Shown piece after piece: positions 24,116-33,204 of a DNA stretch of 34,162 nt (the stretch's first letter is position 1; each line of letters starts with the position of its first letter). This DNA comes from an uncultured archaeon (GTDB lineage Archaea; Nanobdellota; Nanobdellia; Woesearchaeales; CAIVOO01): positions 1-34,162 of the forward strand of contig CAIMOB010000058.1 of assembly GCA_903842985.1 (NCBI GenBank). Direction: 5' to 3'. The translations under genes were made by a program, and so were the position numbers. Under the pieces are notes generated by a model. It did not search any database. It had not been told where the DNA came from and saw nothing but the letters and a program-made list of their open reading frames with translations.

Positions 24116-24138
24116 CAAAAACTCGCAAAGAGTTTTTG
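24116..24138 (-). terminator. 9-bp hairpin just downstream of the FKBP gene (putative terminator or 3' stem)
   Basis: CAAAAACTC-GCAAA-GAGTTTTTG, 1 nt beyond the stop codon. Confidence 0.45.
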
Positions 24139-24139
24139 T

Positions 24140-24805
24140 TTATTTATTTTCTTCTGCAGCTATCTCAAGCTTCTTAATCGTCGGTATTAGCTCAAGCGCT
24201 TTTTTGGTTATGATATCTTGAACCTCTTTTGGAAGCTTTGCTTTTATGCTTAGCTTTACTGCATTTTCGCCATTTTCTATCTTGAACGCGTCTTTCTTTA
24301 TGCCAAGCTGTGTTGTCATGAACGCCTCAAGCTTTTCACTGTCATCTGTTACAATTCTTATGATTTTATACTTGTAGATTATGTCCTTTCCTGACAATGG
24401 ATGGTTGAAATTAACTGTTGTCCTTCCGCCTGCGACTGTCTTGATTACACCATACATTCCATCAATGTTTATGGGCAATCCGGGAACTGGCCTGATGTTC
24501 TGCTTCGTGAACACCCTTGCCGGGACAAACTGGATTAATTTTGCTAAATTCTTTCCAAATGCCTTTTCCGGCGGAAGTGCCAGCTCGTATTCAACGCCAA
24601 CATCTTTTCCTTCAATATCATCATCAAGTCCCTTGACAAGATTGCTCTGCCCGATGCAGATTATGACCGGACCGTACTTTTGCTTCTCGCTGTGAATCTC
24701 ATTCTCTTTTGCAATCTGCTCTGAAGTTGTGTCAAAAACAACATTTGATTCTTTCAGTATGCCTGTGTACTCGATTTCAATAAAATCTCCTTTCTTTGCT
24801 TTCAT
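24140..24805 (-). CDS. FKBP-type peptidyl-prolyl cis-trans isomerase (archaeal long SlyD-like)
   Basis: GDFI.IEYTG, VFDTT, PPEKAFG and VNFNHPLSGK. Confidence 0.92.
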   Translation of the reverse strand: MKAKKGDFIEIEYTGILKESNVVFDTTSEQIAKENEIHSEKQKYGPVIICIGQSNLVKGLDDDIEGKDVGVEYELALPPEKAFGKNLAKLIQFVPARVFTKQNIRPVPGLPINIDGMYGVIKTVAGGRTTVNFNHPLSGKDIIYKYKIIRIVTDDSEKLEAFMTTQLGIKKDAFKIENGENAVKLSIKAKLPKEVQDIITKKALELIPTIKKLEIAAEENK

Positions 24806-24906
24806 TTGAGTGCCCTCTAATTCGCGTTTGCTGTATTAGAAGAATACTATAAAGGATAAAGGGGTTATTTAAAAAGCTTGCGGTGATTTATTTAGAATAT
24901 TGAAAT

Positions 24907-25440
24907 TTATCTCTTTTGTATGAATCTCAGTATCTTTTCAACAACCTCTTCGGCAGTTGTCTTTGTCGTGTCAAAAACAAGGTCATAATTTTTCTTGTCA
25001 AGATATGTTACGCTGTAAGCTTTCTTGTACCTGCCAAGATTTACAGTTTCCCTCTCCTTCATTTTCTTCATTGCTTCTTCAATTGTTTCAAACTTTTCCT
25101 CTTCCCTTCTCTGTCTGAAAACCCTCTCTGTCCTTGTTTTCAAGTCAGCGTCAAGAAAAATCTTAACTGATTTCGGGATAAAATGCCATGCCAGCCTGCT
25201 GTCGATGACAAAATTATCCTCTTTCTCGCCCAGCTCCTTTGAAAACCTGTCAATGTCTCTGTCAATTGATTTGTCTGTTTCTGCTGCAACCATCAGGTCA
25301 TTTATTGTAATCCTCATTTTTATCGCAAGCTGTCGAAGAATGTCGCCGGTTGAATAATGCCTGTAGCCGAGTTTTTCAGCCAGAAGTTTTGCAACGGTTG
25401 TCTTGCCTGCGCCTTCGGTGCCTGAGATTGTTATTATCAT
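24907..25440 (-). CDS. cmk: Cytidylate kinase (archaeal type)
   Basis: MIITISG..GAGKTT P-loop, S.G..R, D..ID, V.DSRLA, RY...Y and YDLV.DT. Confidence 0.88.
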   Translation of the reverse strand: MIITISGTEGAGKTTVAKLLAEKLGYRHYSTGDILRQLAIKMRITINDLMVAAETDKSIDRDIDRFSKELGEKEDNFVIDSRLAWHFIPKSVKIFLDADLKTRTERVFRQRREEEKFETIEEAMKKMKERETVNLGRYKKAYSVTYLDKKNYDLVFDTTKTTAEEVVEKILRFIQKR

Positions 25441-25553
25441 TTTTTGAATGAAAGTTTAAGTGTATATAAAAATTGTTATTTTCCATACTGAAAACATATA
25501 ACAAAATATTTATAAACAACCCCTTTCCTAATAACTGACTTCAGGGGTGAAAC

Positions 25554-27173
25554 ATGTCAAAAGGAAATATGCAACCAATATTTATTTTACCAGAAGGAAG
25601 CCAGAGGACGTTTGGAAGGGAAGCGCAGAGAAACAACATAATGGCTGCAAAGCTAGTTGCTGAAACAGTCAGAACAACTCTTGGGCCAAAGGGAATGGAC
25701 AAGATGATTGTTGACGCGCTCGGCGACATAACAATAACAAATGATGGAGTCACAATTCTTCAGGAAATGCAGATTGAGCATCCTGCCGCGAAGATGATTG
25801 TTGAGGTTGCAAAGACACAGGAGGACGAGGTCGGCGACGGAACAACAACGGCAGTTGTAATCGCAGGCGAATTATTGAAAAACGCAGAACGCCTGCTTGA
25901 GCAGGACATCCATCCGACAGTAATCGCAAGGGGCTACAGGATGGCCGAGGCAAAAGCCCAGGAAATTCTTTTAAAAATGGCTGAAAATATCGGCGAAAAA
26001 GATGATGATGCGCTGAGAAAAATTGCAATGACTGCAATGACAGGCAAGGGCGCAGAGGCGTCAAAGGAAAAGCTTGCAGACATAACAGTCAGGGCAGTGA
26101 AGCATGTTCTTATCAAGATAAATGACAAGATTGAAATCGACTCAAACGACATAAAAATAGAAAAAAAGGTCGGCGCAAGCGTCGAGCAGTCAGAATTGAT
26201 TGAGGGCATTGCTGTTGACAAGGAAAGAGTGCATTCGGCAATGCCGAAGATGGTGAGAAACGCGAAAATCGCATTGGTTGACTCTGCATTGGAAATAAAA
26301 AACACAGAGATTGACGCAAAAATCCAGATAACAGACCCGAACCAGATGCAGGCCTTCCTTGACATGGAAGAAAAAATGCTGAAGGGCATGGTTGACAAGG
26401 TCGAGAAGTCAGGCGCAAGCGTTATCTTCTGCCAGAAAGGAATCGACGACATGGCGCAGTATTATCTTTCAAAGAAAGGGATTTATGCATGCAGGCGCGT
26501 GAAAAAGTCTGATATGGAGGGGCTTGCAAAGGCTACTGGCGCGAAAATAGTCACAAACCTTGATGACTTGTCAGCTTCTGAACTGGGAACAGCAGGGCTG
26601 ATAGAGGAAAGAAAGGTCGGGGACGAGGATATGACATTTGTCTCTGAATGCAAAAAAGCAAAGACAGTTACAATTTTGATAAGAGGCGGGACAGAGCACG
26701 TTGCAGATGAAGTGAAAAGAGCCATAACAGACGCTGTTGGCGACGTAATTGCCTCGCTGAAGGTCGGAAAGATTGTCGCCGGGGCAGGCGCTCCGGAAAT
26801 CGAGCTGGCAAGGGAATTAAGAAAATTCTCAAACACACTAAGCGGAAGAGAACAGCTGGCTGTAATGGCTTTTGCTGATTCAATGGAGATAATCCCAAGG
26901 ACTTTGGCTGAAAACGCAGGCCTTGACCCGATTGACATGCTCACTGCATTGAAAAATGCGCATGACAAGGGAGAGAAATGGGCAGGCATTGACGTGTTCA
27001 AGGGAAAGCCGATGGACGCCTGGAAGGCTGGAGTCATAGAGCCGCTGAAAATAAAGACGCAGGCAATATCATCTGCATCAGAAGCAGCTGTGATGATTCT
27101 GAGGATTGATGATGTCATTGCAGGAAGCGGAAAGTCAGGCGGAATGCCTCCTGGCCAGATGCCTGAGATGTAA
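25554..27173 (+). CDS. ths: Thermosome subunit (group II chaperonin)
   Basis: [44 protein letters not shown] and GGM-type tail. Confidence 0.97.
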   Translation: MSKGNMQPIFILPEGSQRTFGREAQRNNIMAAKLVAETVRTTLGPKGMDKMIVDALGDITITNDGVTILQEMQIEHPAAKMIVEVAKTQEDEVGDGTTTAVVIAGELLKNAERLLEQDIHPTVIARGYRMAEAKAQEILLKMAENIGEKDDDALRKIAMTAMTGKGAEASKEKLADITVRAVKHVLIKINDKIEIDSNDIKIEKKVGASVEQSELIEGIAVDKERVHSAMPKMVRNAKIALVDSALEIKNTEIDAKIQITDPNQMQAFLDMEEKMLKGMVDKVEKSGASVIFCQKGIDDMAQYYLSKKGIYACRRVKKSDMEGLAKATGAKIVTNLDDLSASELGTAGLIEERKVGDEDMTFVSECKKAKTVTILIRGGTEHVADEVKRAITDAVGDVIASLKVGKIVAGAGAPEIELARELRKFSNTLSGREQLAVMAFADSMEIIPRTLAENAGLDPIDMLTALKNAHDKGEKWAGIDVFKGKPMDAWKAGVIEPLKIKTQAISSASEAAVMILRIDDVIAGSGKSGGMPPGQMPEM

Positions 27174-27280
27174 TTCTTTTACTTTTTATTAATAGTAAAA
27201 CAATTTTATATAGTTAAAAGCATAAGATTTTTAAAAACCAGATATTTATCAGTAATAAATCATTAAAAAGAGGTGGCCAA

Positions 27281-27742
27281 ATGGCAGATGAATACGCACT
27301 TGTTCCTGAAAAAGAGGTTAGGAGACTAAGAGAGGATATAGATTCTATCAAGAAGAATCCATTAGGTTCTTTGGGTGGAAACGATCTTGTTGAGAGCATC
27401 AAGAATTTGAATGCTGCAATTAATTCTTTAACAGAGCTATTCAAGACAGCTGCTGAAGAGCTAAAGATAGAGGAAAGGGAGACGCAGACAATCGCGACAA
27501 AAGTCGAGCCTTTGCTTGAAAAGATTGACTTAATAATGGACCAGAACAAAAAAATAGCAAGAGGCATTGTTGCAGTTGCTGACATGCTTGGAGGAGTTGA
27601 GGAGGAGAAACCAGCGTTTTCGCCGAGACCTCCTGTTTTTACGTCGAGGCAAGGACCTATGATGCCGCCTTCACTGCCTCCTCCGCCGGCGATGCCGCCC
27701 GCGCCTCCTGCACCGCCTGCCCCTAGAAAAGGGCTTTTCTAA
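27281..27742 (+). CDS. Hypothetical coiled-coil protein with Pro-rich C-terminal tail
   Basis: SD GAGGTGG upstream; heptad-rich core; PPSLPPPPAMPPAPPAPPAP tail. Confidence 0.75.
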   Translation: MADEYALVPEKEVRRLREDIDSIKKNPLGSLGGNDLVESIKNLNAAINSLTELFKTAAEELKIEERETQTIATKVEPLLEKIDLIMDQNKKIARGIVAVADMLGGVEEEKPAFSPRPPVFTSRQGPMMPPSLPPPPAMPPAPPAPPAPRKGLF

Positions 27743-28353
27743 TGGATGAGATAACCAAGCTAAGCGGAGTAAGCCTAAAAAATCTTTTCATAAGAGTGTG
27801 CAAGACAGCCAAGGCTGTTGAAGCCAAGAAAAGGCAGAAGGCTGATGTCGCGAGGCACATCGAAAGAATAAAATCGCTTTACACTGAAAAAGGCGTGAGC
27901 AGACAAAGAATTGATGATGAGACAGGCGCGCTTTCTTTAAAAATAAATGAGATAATCGACAAGGAAAAGCAGATAACCCACAGGCAGGATGATGAAGATG
28001 AACTGCTGAGAAAGCTTCAGGCAAGAGTTGAGCAGATAGGTGTCACGCCGCTGCCGCAGACGAAGAAGGTTGAGGATTTCATGAAGATGTCGCAGTCACT
28101 GCAGGAAAACATTTCCAGAATAAAAGATGTGACAAGTGAGATGGAGGAAGAAGAGAGGGAAAGGCTGGGCAGGATTGAAGAGAAATTCGGCCTGACAGAA
28201 GGCGAGCTAAAAGAAATAGAGGAAAAATTGAATCTGCTTGAAAAAGAGTACCAGAGGCTCAGGGGATCTGGGAAGGAGAAGAAAAAAGTGGAAATGCTGG
28301 GCTCAAAGATAAAGAAGCAGAAGGAAGTTCTTAAGAAACTTAAACACAGTTAG
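27742..28353 (+). CDS. Hypothetical coiled-coil protein
   Basis: TAATG coupling to the upstream gene; highly charged heptad-rich sequence. Confidence 0.72.
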   Translation: MDEITKLSGVSLKNLFIRVCKTAKAVEAKKRQKADVARHIERIKSLYTEKGVSRQRIDDETGALSLKINEIIDKEKQITHRQDDEDELLRKLQARVEQIGVTPLPQTKKVEDFMKMSQSLQENISRIKDVTSEMEEEERERLGRIEEKFGLTEGELKEIEEKLNLLEKEYQRLRGSGKEKKKVEMLGSKIKKQKEVLKKLKHS

Positions 28354-28927
28354 AAAGGCATTTGCCTGTAAATGTCAATATTGCTGTTCTTATTCCGGGT
28401 GTTGCGTCAGACGGCACAACAATCCTTACCGAATTGTTGAATGTGTCCTCGCTGCTTCCATATTGCATCAGGCCGCACAATGACTTTGATGTTTTTTCAA
28501 TGCTGATGTAGGTTGTTTCGAATCCTGTAGTACACGCGTTTGGCTCTGTTGCTATGCCTTTTATCATGAATCCTGGGCTTGTTCCGCCGACAAACGTAGC
28601 TGCGTCTTCAGTCGAGGTTATGTTCACCGAAATGTTCACAGTGCCGTCGTTTTCTGCGCGGATGTACTGCGGCGCGCCCCAGCTCCATGTTCCGTTTATT
28701 GCGCTTGACAAGGAACTGTCAAGTATTGCGTTTGTTGACGTGCTGTTAACCCTTCCTGGGCCGAAATTTATGTCATAGTTGATTAAAATAGAAGTTTCTG
28801 AGCTGAGATTTATCGAGACATTCGCAAGTGTTCCGAACCCAAAAATCCCTTCCCTTAAAACAACAAATCCGAGCATCAAGACTACTATAGAAATTCCAAC
28901 AAGGATTGCTAGTGATGTGTTTTTCAT
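28340..28927 (-). CDS. Hypothetical secreted/membrane-anchored surface protein
   Basis: N-terminal hydrophobic helix; Asn/Ser/Thr-rich beta-type body with multiple N-x-S/T sequons; four Cys. Confidence 0.72.
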   Translation of the reverse strand: MKNTSLAILVGISIVVLMLGFVVLREGIFGFGTLANVSINLSSETSILINYDINFGPGRVNSTSTNAILDSSLSSAINGTWSWGAPQYIRAENDGTVNISVNITSTEDAATFVGGTSPGFMIKGIATEPNACTTGFETTYISIEKTSKSLCGLMQYGSSEDTFNNSVRIVVPSDATPGIRTAILTFTGKCLSNCV

Positions 28928-28945
28928 AAAAATAAAAATAAAAAA

Positions 28946-29116
28946 TTAAAGGTCCTTTGCCATTACGGTTTTTCTTCCGTTTGCTTCAGCCCTTTTGCAA
29001 GCTTCTTTGATAAGCTGCTCAACTTTTTGTGACAAAGCATCAGCGAGGTCGCCTGCTACATTGTAGCCCTTTGCAACATCCTTAATCTTTGCCTTAACAA
29101 CCAAACTGTCTGTCAT
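28946..29116 (-). CDS. Small histone-fold protein (DUF1931/Bd0055-like, truncated alpha3), 56 aa
   Basis: MTDSLVVKAKIK...ADALSQKVEQLIKEACKRAEANGRKTVMAKDL; RKT...DL clamp; ATG 29116 preceded by SD GAGGTGG. Confidence 0.88.
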   Translation of the reverse strand: MTDSLVVKAKIKDVAKGYNVAGDLADALSQKVEQLIKEACKRAEANGRKTVMAKDL

Positions 29117-29243
29117 TAAAACCACCTCAATTTTTTTTAGCATTATCTGGGTTTTTGCACCCGACTATCCAAAATTATATATGATTATATATAAAGCTTT
29201 TGGTTTTAATAATGGCTAAAACCCTCAAATTCCGGCGTTTAAG

Positions 29244-30932
29244 CTACTTATGAGTAAACCAAAAGTGATATTTTCCTTCCTTTACTTCATCAAGCCTTAC
29301 AAAGCCGAATCTCTCAAACTGGCATATGTCACCCGGCTTAAGCTTCTTTATGCCTGCCTCTCCAAATCCCCTCTCTGTCTTTGCGTCAGGCATCAGGACA
29401 ACAACTTCAACAAGCTCTTTTTCAACAGGAAGCCAGTGTATTATTTTCTCACCGCCTTTCTTATATCTGTCATACTCAATAGAATCAAACACAAGCTCTT
29501 TTCCTATTTTTGTCAGGTTGAGACAATCCATAAGCCTGTAAAGATAATTGTCTTTCATTGAATTGAAATCATTTTTTGTGATGAAGAATTTCTTGTGCGC
29601 CTTGAAAACCCTTTTTCCCATTTCAATGCGGTCAGGATGCACGTCAATCTCAACCTTATGCTCAGGCGCGTCCTTTACTTCAACTTCAACAGGGTCATTG
29701 ATGAAGAAATACCTGTTTGACTTCGGGTCAATTATGTCCCTGTTGTATGCGTCCAAAAGTTTGAAATATTCCTCTGCCTTGATTGTCTTGTCAACAGGCG
29801 ATACGCCTGTGTCTGTTGCAAACTTGATGAATGCCTCCGGCTGGTAGCCCCTTCTTCTCAGCGCTGCCAAAAATGGAAGCCTTATGTCATCCCAGCCTGT
29901 GAATTCGCCTGACTCAATTCTCAGCCTTGTCTGCGAGCAGCTGACTTCCATGCCTTCAAAATTAATCCTGCCGAAAAACAATGACTCAGGAATCGGCTTG
30001 TCAAGATAATTGTAAACATACTCCTGCTTTTTCGCATTGTCCATGTGGTCCTTTCCTCTTATCAAGTGAGTCATCTTCGTGTCCATGTCGTCGATAACTA
30101 CTGAGAAGCTCATCAGCGGCCAAACCCTGTATGCCTCTCCCTTTCTCGGATGCTTGAACTCATTTATTCTCATTGCAGGCCAGTCTCTCATTGCAGGATT
30201 CTTGTGCTTAATGTCTGTTTTTATCCTCAGGACAGCTTCGCCTGGCTTGTATTCCTTAAACATCATTTTCCATCTTTTGATATTTTCTTCCTTTGAAATG
30301 TTCCTGCAGGGGCATGGCTCCATTTTATCTGCCAGCTCCTTGAACGCCTCTGAAGAGCAAGTGCAGACATACGCCTTTTCCATCTCAACTAATTTTTCAG
30401 CATACCTGTAATAGATATCCATTCGGTCTGACTGTATCATGAATTCAGAAACGCCGTTATTTGTCAGCCATTTCGCATCCTCTTCAATCAAATTGTATGA
30501 TTGCGGGTCAATGTTCTCGGGATTTGTATCAGATATCCTAATAATAAATTTTCCATCATATATCCTGCTGTATGCATAGTTTAATGCTAGAACAAAAGCG
30601 TGGCCGATATGCAGCGGACCTGAAGGGCTTGGCTCAAACCTCATCACAACCTTGCCTTGCTTTGCATTCTTTAATTCTGCAAGCTTCTTTTCTTCCGGCT
30701 TTTTTTCCTCAAGAAGCTCTGGAGCGATTTTTTTAAGTGTTTCAAGCTGCTCTTCTGCTGATTTTTTTGAGACTTCCTTGATTGTTTTCTTTATCTCCTC
30801 CCTTAACTCCTTTATTTTTGGCTTGAGATTAGGATTCTGCGAGAAGATATGCCCCAGGACAGCTCCTTCGCTGGGCTTTCCATTGTATTTGATGGAGTTA
30901 TGCAGCACATATTTCAATACAATGTCTTTCAT
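29244..30932 (-). CDS. gltX: Glutamyl-tRNA synthetase (archaeal type)
   Basis: RFEPSPSGPLHIGH, DTNP, AYVC.C, RVWP, TH.IRGKDH, GWDD.RL and QFERFGFVR.D; ATG 30932 preferred over the track start. Confidence 0.96.
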   Translation of the reverse strand: MKDIVLKYVLHNSIKYNGKPSEGAVLGHIFSQNPNLKPKIKELREEIKKTIKEVSKKSAEEQLETLKKIAPELLEEKKPEEKKLAELKNAKQGKVVMRFEPSPSGPLHIGHAFVLALNYAYSRIYDGKFIIRISDTNPENIDPQSYNLIEEDAKWLTNNGVSEFMIQSDRMDIYYRYAEKLVEMEKAYVCTCSSEAFKELADKMEPCPCRNISKEENIKRWKMMFKEYKPGEAVLRIKTDIKHKNPAMRDWPAMRINEFKHPRKGEAYRVWPLMSFSVVIDDMDTKMTHLIRGKDHMDNAKKQEYVYNYLDKPIPESLFFGRINFEGMEVSCSQTRLRIESGEFTGWDDIRLPFLAALRRRGYQPEAFIKFATDTGVSPVDKTIKAEEYFKLLDAYNRDIIDPKSNRYFFINDPVEVEVKDAPEHKVEIDVHPDRIEMGKRVFKAHKKFFITKNDFNSMKDNYLYRLMDCLNLTKIGKELVFDSIEYDRYKKGGEKIIHWLPVEKELVEVVVLMPDAKTERGFGEAGIKKLKPGDICQFERFGFVRLDEVKEGKYHFWFTHK

Positions 30933-30957
30933 AGTATACAAAAAAGAAAGTGGGTAT

Positions 30958-31515
30958 TTAAAGATTTTGATACGTGGCAACTACTATGCCTTTTTTGACT
31001 ATTTTGATTGTTTCGGCTGATTCCATCGAATTTAGCGCCCTTCTGTAATAATGATTTACTTGTTTTTGTGATTTATCCTCATTATAATATGTCTTAAGAA
31101 TCGATGCCAAAATGCTGTCGCCTCTATTAAACGAACAGAAGCTGTTGAATATAATTGTTTTAACAGGCGAGTTGCTGTCAACTGTTATTTCAATCCCATG
31201 ATTGCCCCTAAGTGTCTTGACATCCAAGACCTTTCCTTCTATCACTTGATAGATATCTGAATTGCATGGTTGAGGTTTTCCAGAAACGCCGTTGAATTGG
31301 TCCATCAGCATCCACAACGTATCCATATGAGACATTGTTATTCTTTTATCTGCTTCGTGTATCGAAGCTGCCAGTGATTCCAAAGCTTTATGACTAATTT
31401 TTTTGTTTTTATAACCGCTTCCACTTGCTTCAATATGATGATCTTTAACAGATTCAATTAACATGTTTTCTTTTTCATTTGGCATCGCTATTCTTTCCAT
31501 TGAGCATTTTGACAT
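30958..31515 (-). CDS. Hypothetical protein
   Basis: 185-aa ORF with several possible ATG starts; no family recognised. Confidence 0.55.
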   Translation of the reverse strand: MSKCSMERIAMPNEKENMLIESVKDHHIEASGSGYKNKKISHKALESLAASIHEADKRITMSHMDTLWMLMDQFNGVSGKPQPCNSDIYQVIEGKVLDVKTLRGNHGIEITVDSNSPVKTIIFNSFCSFNRGDSILASILKTYYNEDKSQKQVNHYYRRALNSMESAETIKIVKKGIVVATYQNL

Positions 31516-31616
31516 GTTAAATCCAGAAACAGCACATAAATTTATAGTTTTTGGTTATTGGTTTTTAAAGTTTATAAACAAAGATTTAAATAGTGTCATT
31601 TCAGACTTTTTTGCAG

Positions 31617-31690
31617 GGGCCCTTAGCCCAGCCTGGTAGAGCGCCGCATTGGCTATGCGGAGGCCGCGGGTTCGAATCCCGCAGGGTCCA
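31617..31690 (+). tRNA. tRNA-Ala(GGC)
   Basis: Acceptor GGGCCCT/AGGGTCC with G3:U70; anticodon arm CCGCA-TTGGCTA-TGCGG; T arm GCGGG-TTCGAAT-CCCGC; discriminator A; CCA not encoded. Confidence 0.92.
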
Positions 31691-31708
31691 CTTCATATTT
31701 TGCTTCGC

Positions 31709-31781
31709 GGGCTCATAGATCAGTCCGGCAGATCGTCGCCTTCGCAAGGCGGAAACCCGGGTTCAAATCCCGGTGGGTCCA
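31709..31781 (+). tRNA. tRNA-Ala(CGC)
   Basis: Acceptor GGGCTCA/TGGGTCC with G3:U70; D stem GATC/GATC; anticodon arm TCGCC-TTCGCAA-GGCGG; T arm CCGGG-TTCAAAT-CCCGG. Confidence 0.93.
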
Positions 31782-31816
31782 TAAGTTTTTTAAACAAAAA
31801 GAGATTAACAATAAAA

Positions 31817-32206
31817 ATGGTAAGAACAGACTTGGGCGAACTTTTAGATGAGATATCTGGTTTTTTTATTTTTCCAAGTGCAACAGTCCTCACAGGAACG
31901 CTGACGCGCGCAGGCGAAGCAAAATTTCCAACGCATAAATTTGTATTTGTTGATGTTAGACTGATTGGGATTATTGAAAACAGGGAAAGGCTTAATCATA
32001 CAAAAAGAATAAGCGTGAGAATTGAAAACGACGACAGTGATTACCACGTTGACTATCATCCAAAACTAATGATTAACATATTAAAAGCAATTAGTGATAT
32101 AATAAAAGAGAAAAATCTAAAAGAAAATAGAGCAAGGTCTGGAATAATTTATTCATTTTCAACAACGGGAAATTCATTCACAATCGAGAAAAGAACAGAA
32201 AAATGA
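31817..32206 (+). CDS. Hypothetical protein (129 aa)
   Basis: Start placed at ATG 31817 because the track ORF from 31649 runs through two tRNAs; stop overlaps the HIT start (ATGA). Confidence 0.6.
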   Translation: MVRTDLGELLDEISGFFIFPSATVLTGTLTRAGEAKFPTHKFVFVDVRLIGIIENRERLNHTKRISVRIENDDSDYHVDYHPKLMINILKAISDIIKEKNLKENRARSGIIYSFSTTGNSFTIEKRTEK

Positions 32207-32610
32207 CAGACTGCATCTTCTGCAAGATAATCAAGGGGGAGATTCCGTGCGCAAAGGTCTTTGAAGACAGCGATGTGATTGCTTTCCTTGACATTTCTCC
32301 TGTCAATCCAGGGCATACACTTGTTGTGCCGAAGAAGCATTATGAAACTTTGATGGATTTGCCGGATGATTTGGCATGCAAAGTCATGAAAGCGCTGAAG
32401 AAAATTGTTTCTGCTGTGAAAGAAGCTGTGGACGCAGACGGAATAAATATCAATCAGAGCAACCTTAAGCCAGCTGGCCAGCTTATTCCGCATGTGCACT
32501 TCCATATCATCCCAAGAAATATTGGAGATGGGCTTCGCCATTGGCCGCAGAAGAAATATGAAGAGGGGCAGATGGAAGAAGTGAGGAAGAATATAGATAA
32601 AAGGTTATAA
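32203..32610 (+). CDS. hit: HIT family nucleotide hydrolase (Hint-like)
   Basis: DCIFCKII.GEIP, AFLDI.P...GHTLVVPK.H and AGQ.IPHVHFHIIPR histidine triad. Confidence 0.95.
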   Translation: MTDCIFCKIIKGEIPCAKVFEDSDVIAFLDISPVNPGHTLVVPKKHYETLMDLPDDLACKVMKALKKIVSAVKEAVDADGININQSNLKPAGQLIPHVHFHIIPRNIGDGLRHWPQKKYEEGQMEEVRKNIDKRL

Positions 32611-32630
32611 TTCTTGTTAAACATCCACAA

Positions 32631-32660
32631 CCTTTATATATTAGTTATATTTTTTAACTA
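32631..32660 (+). promoter_or_regulatory. marR promoter: TATA box followed by inverted repeat TAGTTA-N7-TAACTA (putative MarR operator)
   Basis: CCTTTATATA at 32631-32640; repeat arms at 32642-32647 and 32655-32660. Confidence 0.5.
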
Positions 32661-32697
32661 TTATTAAATTTAACAATAAATCTAAATAACCAATAAA

Positions 32698-33204
32698 ATG
32701 CAAAATAAAGACTATGACCAGATAACAGAGAATATTATGTCGCTTTTCCCCTTATTTAGAAGGCTGCTGAAGTTCAGCGAAGAAGACAGATGCACAAACA
32801 TGCTTAATCCGCAGTATCCTGTCTTGGGAATATTGTCAGTCAGGGGCGCTTTGCCAATGTCTGAAATCGGGACGCATCTAGGCATCTCAAAGCCAAATAT
32901 GACTGCCATCATCGACCATCTGATTGCAGAGAAAAAGGTTAGGAGAATAGATGATGAGAAGGACAGGAGAATAGTGAAAATAGGCGTCACTGAAAAAGGC
33001 AGGGAGACATTGAAAGGCTCAAGAGAAATCCTGAAAAAAAATCTCAAGGAGAAACTTCTTGTCCTGGATGAGAAAGAGCTGACGAAGATGTCAGGCTCGC
33101 TAAAGAGCTTAAAAGAGATACTGTCAAAGATTGATTCCTCCAACAACAAAGATAATAAGGGAGTCAAGACTAAAAAAGACATAACCAAGGAGGCTAAAAA
33201 ATGA
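32698..33204 (+). CDS. MarR family transcriptional regulator
   Basis: Q..VL..L, MSEIG..L.ISKPNMT.IID.L winged HTH and DEKDRR...I.VT.KG. Confidence 0.93.
   Translation: MQNKDYDQITENIMSLFPLFRRLLKFSEEDRCTNMLNPQYPVLGILSVRGALPMSEIGTHLGISKPNMTAIIDHLIAEKKVRRIDDEKDRRIVKIGVTEKGRETLKGSREILKKNLKEKLLVLDEKELTKMSGSLKSLKEILSKIDSSNNKDNKGVKTKKDITKEAKK

Noticed and set aside
31649..31816. N-terminal part of track ORF 31649..32206
   Set aside because: It overlaps two tRNA genes; the plausible start is ATG 31817.
30958..32206. Integrated element at the tRNA-Ala pair
   Set aside because: Orphan ORFs flank the tRNAs, but I found no duplicated tRNA 3' end and no integrase.
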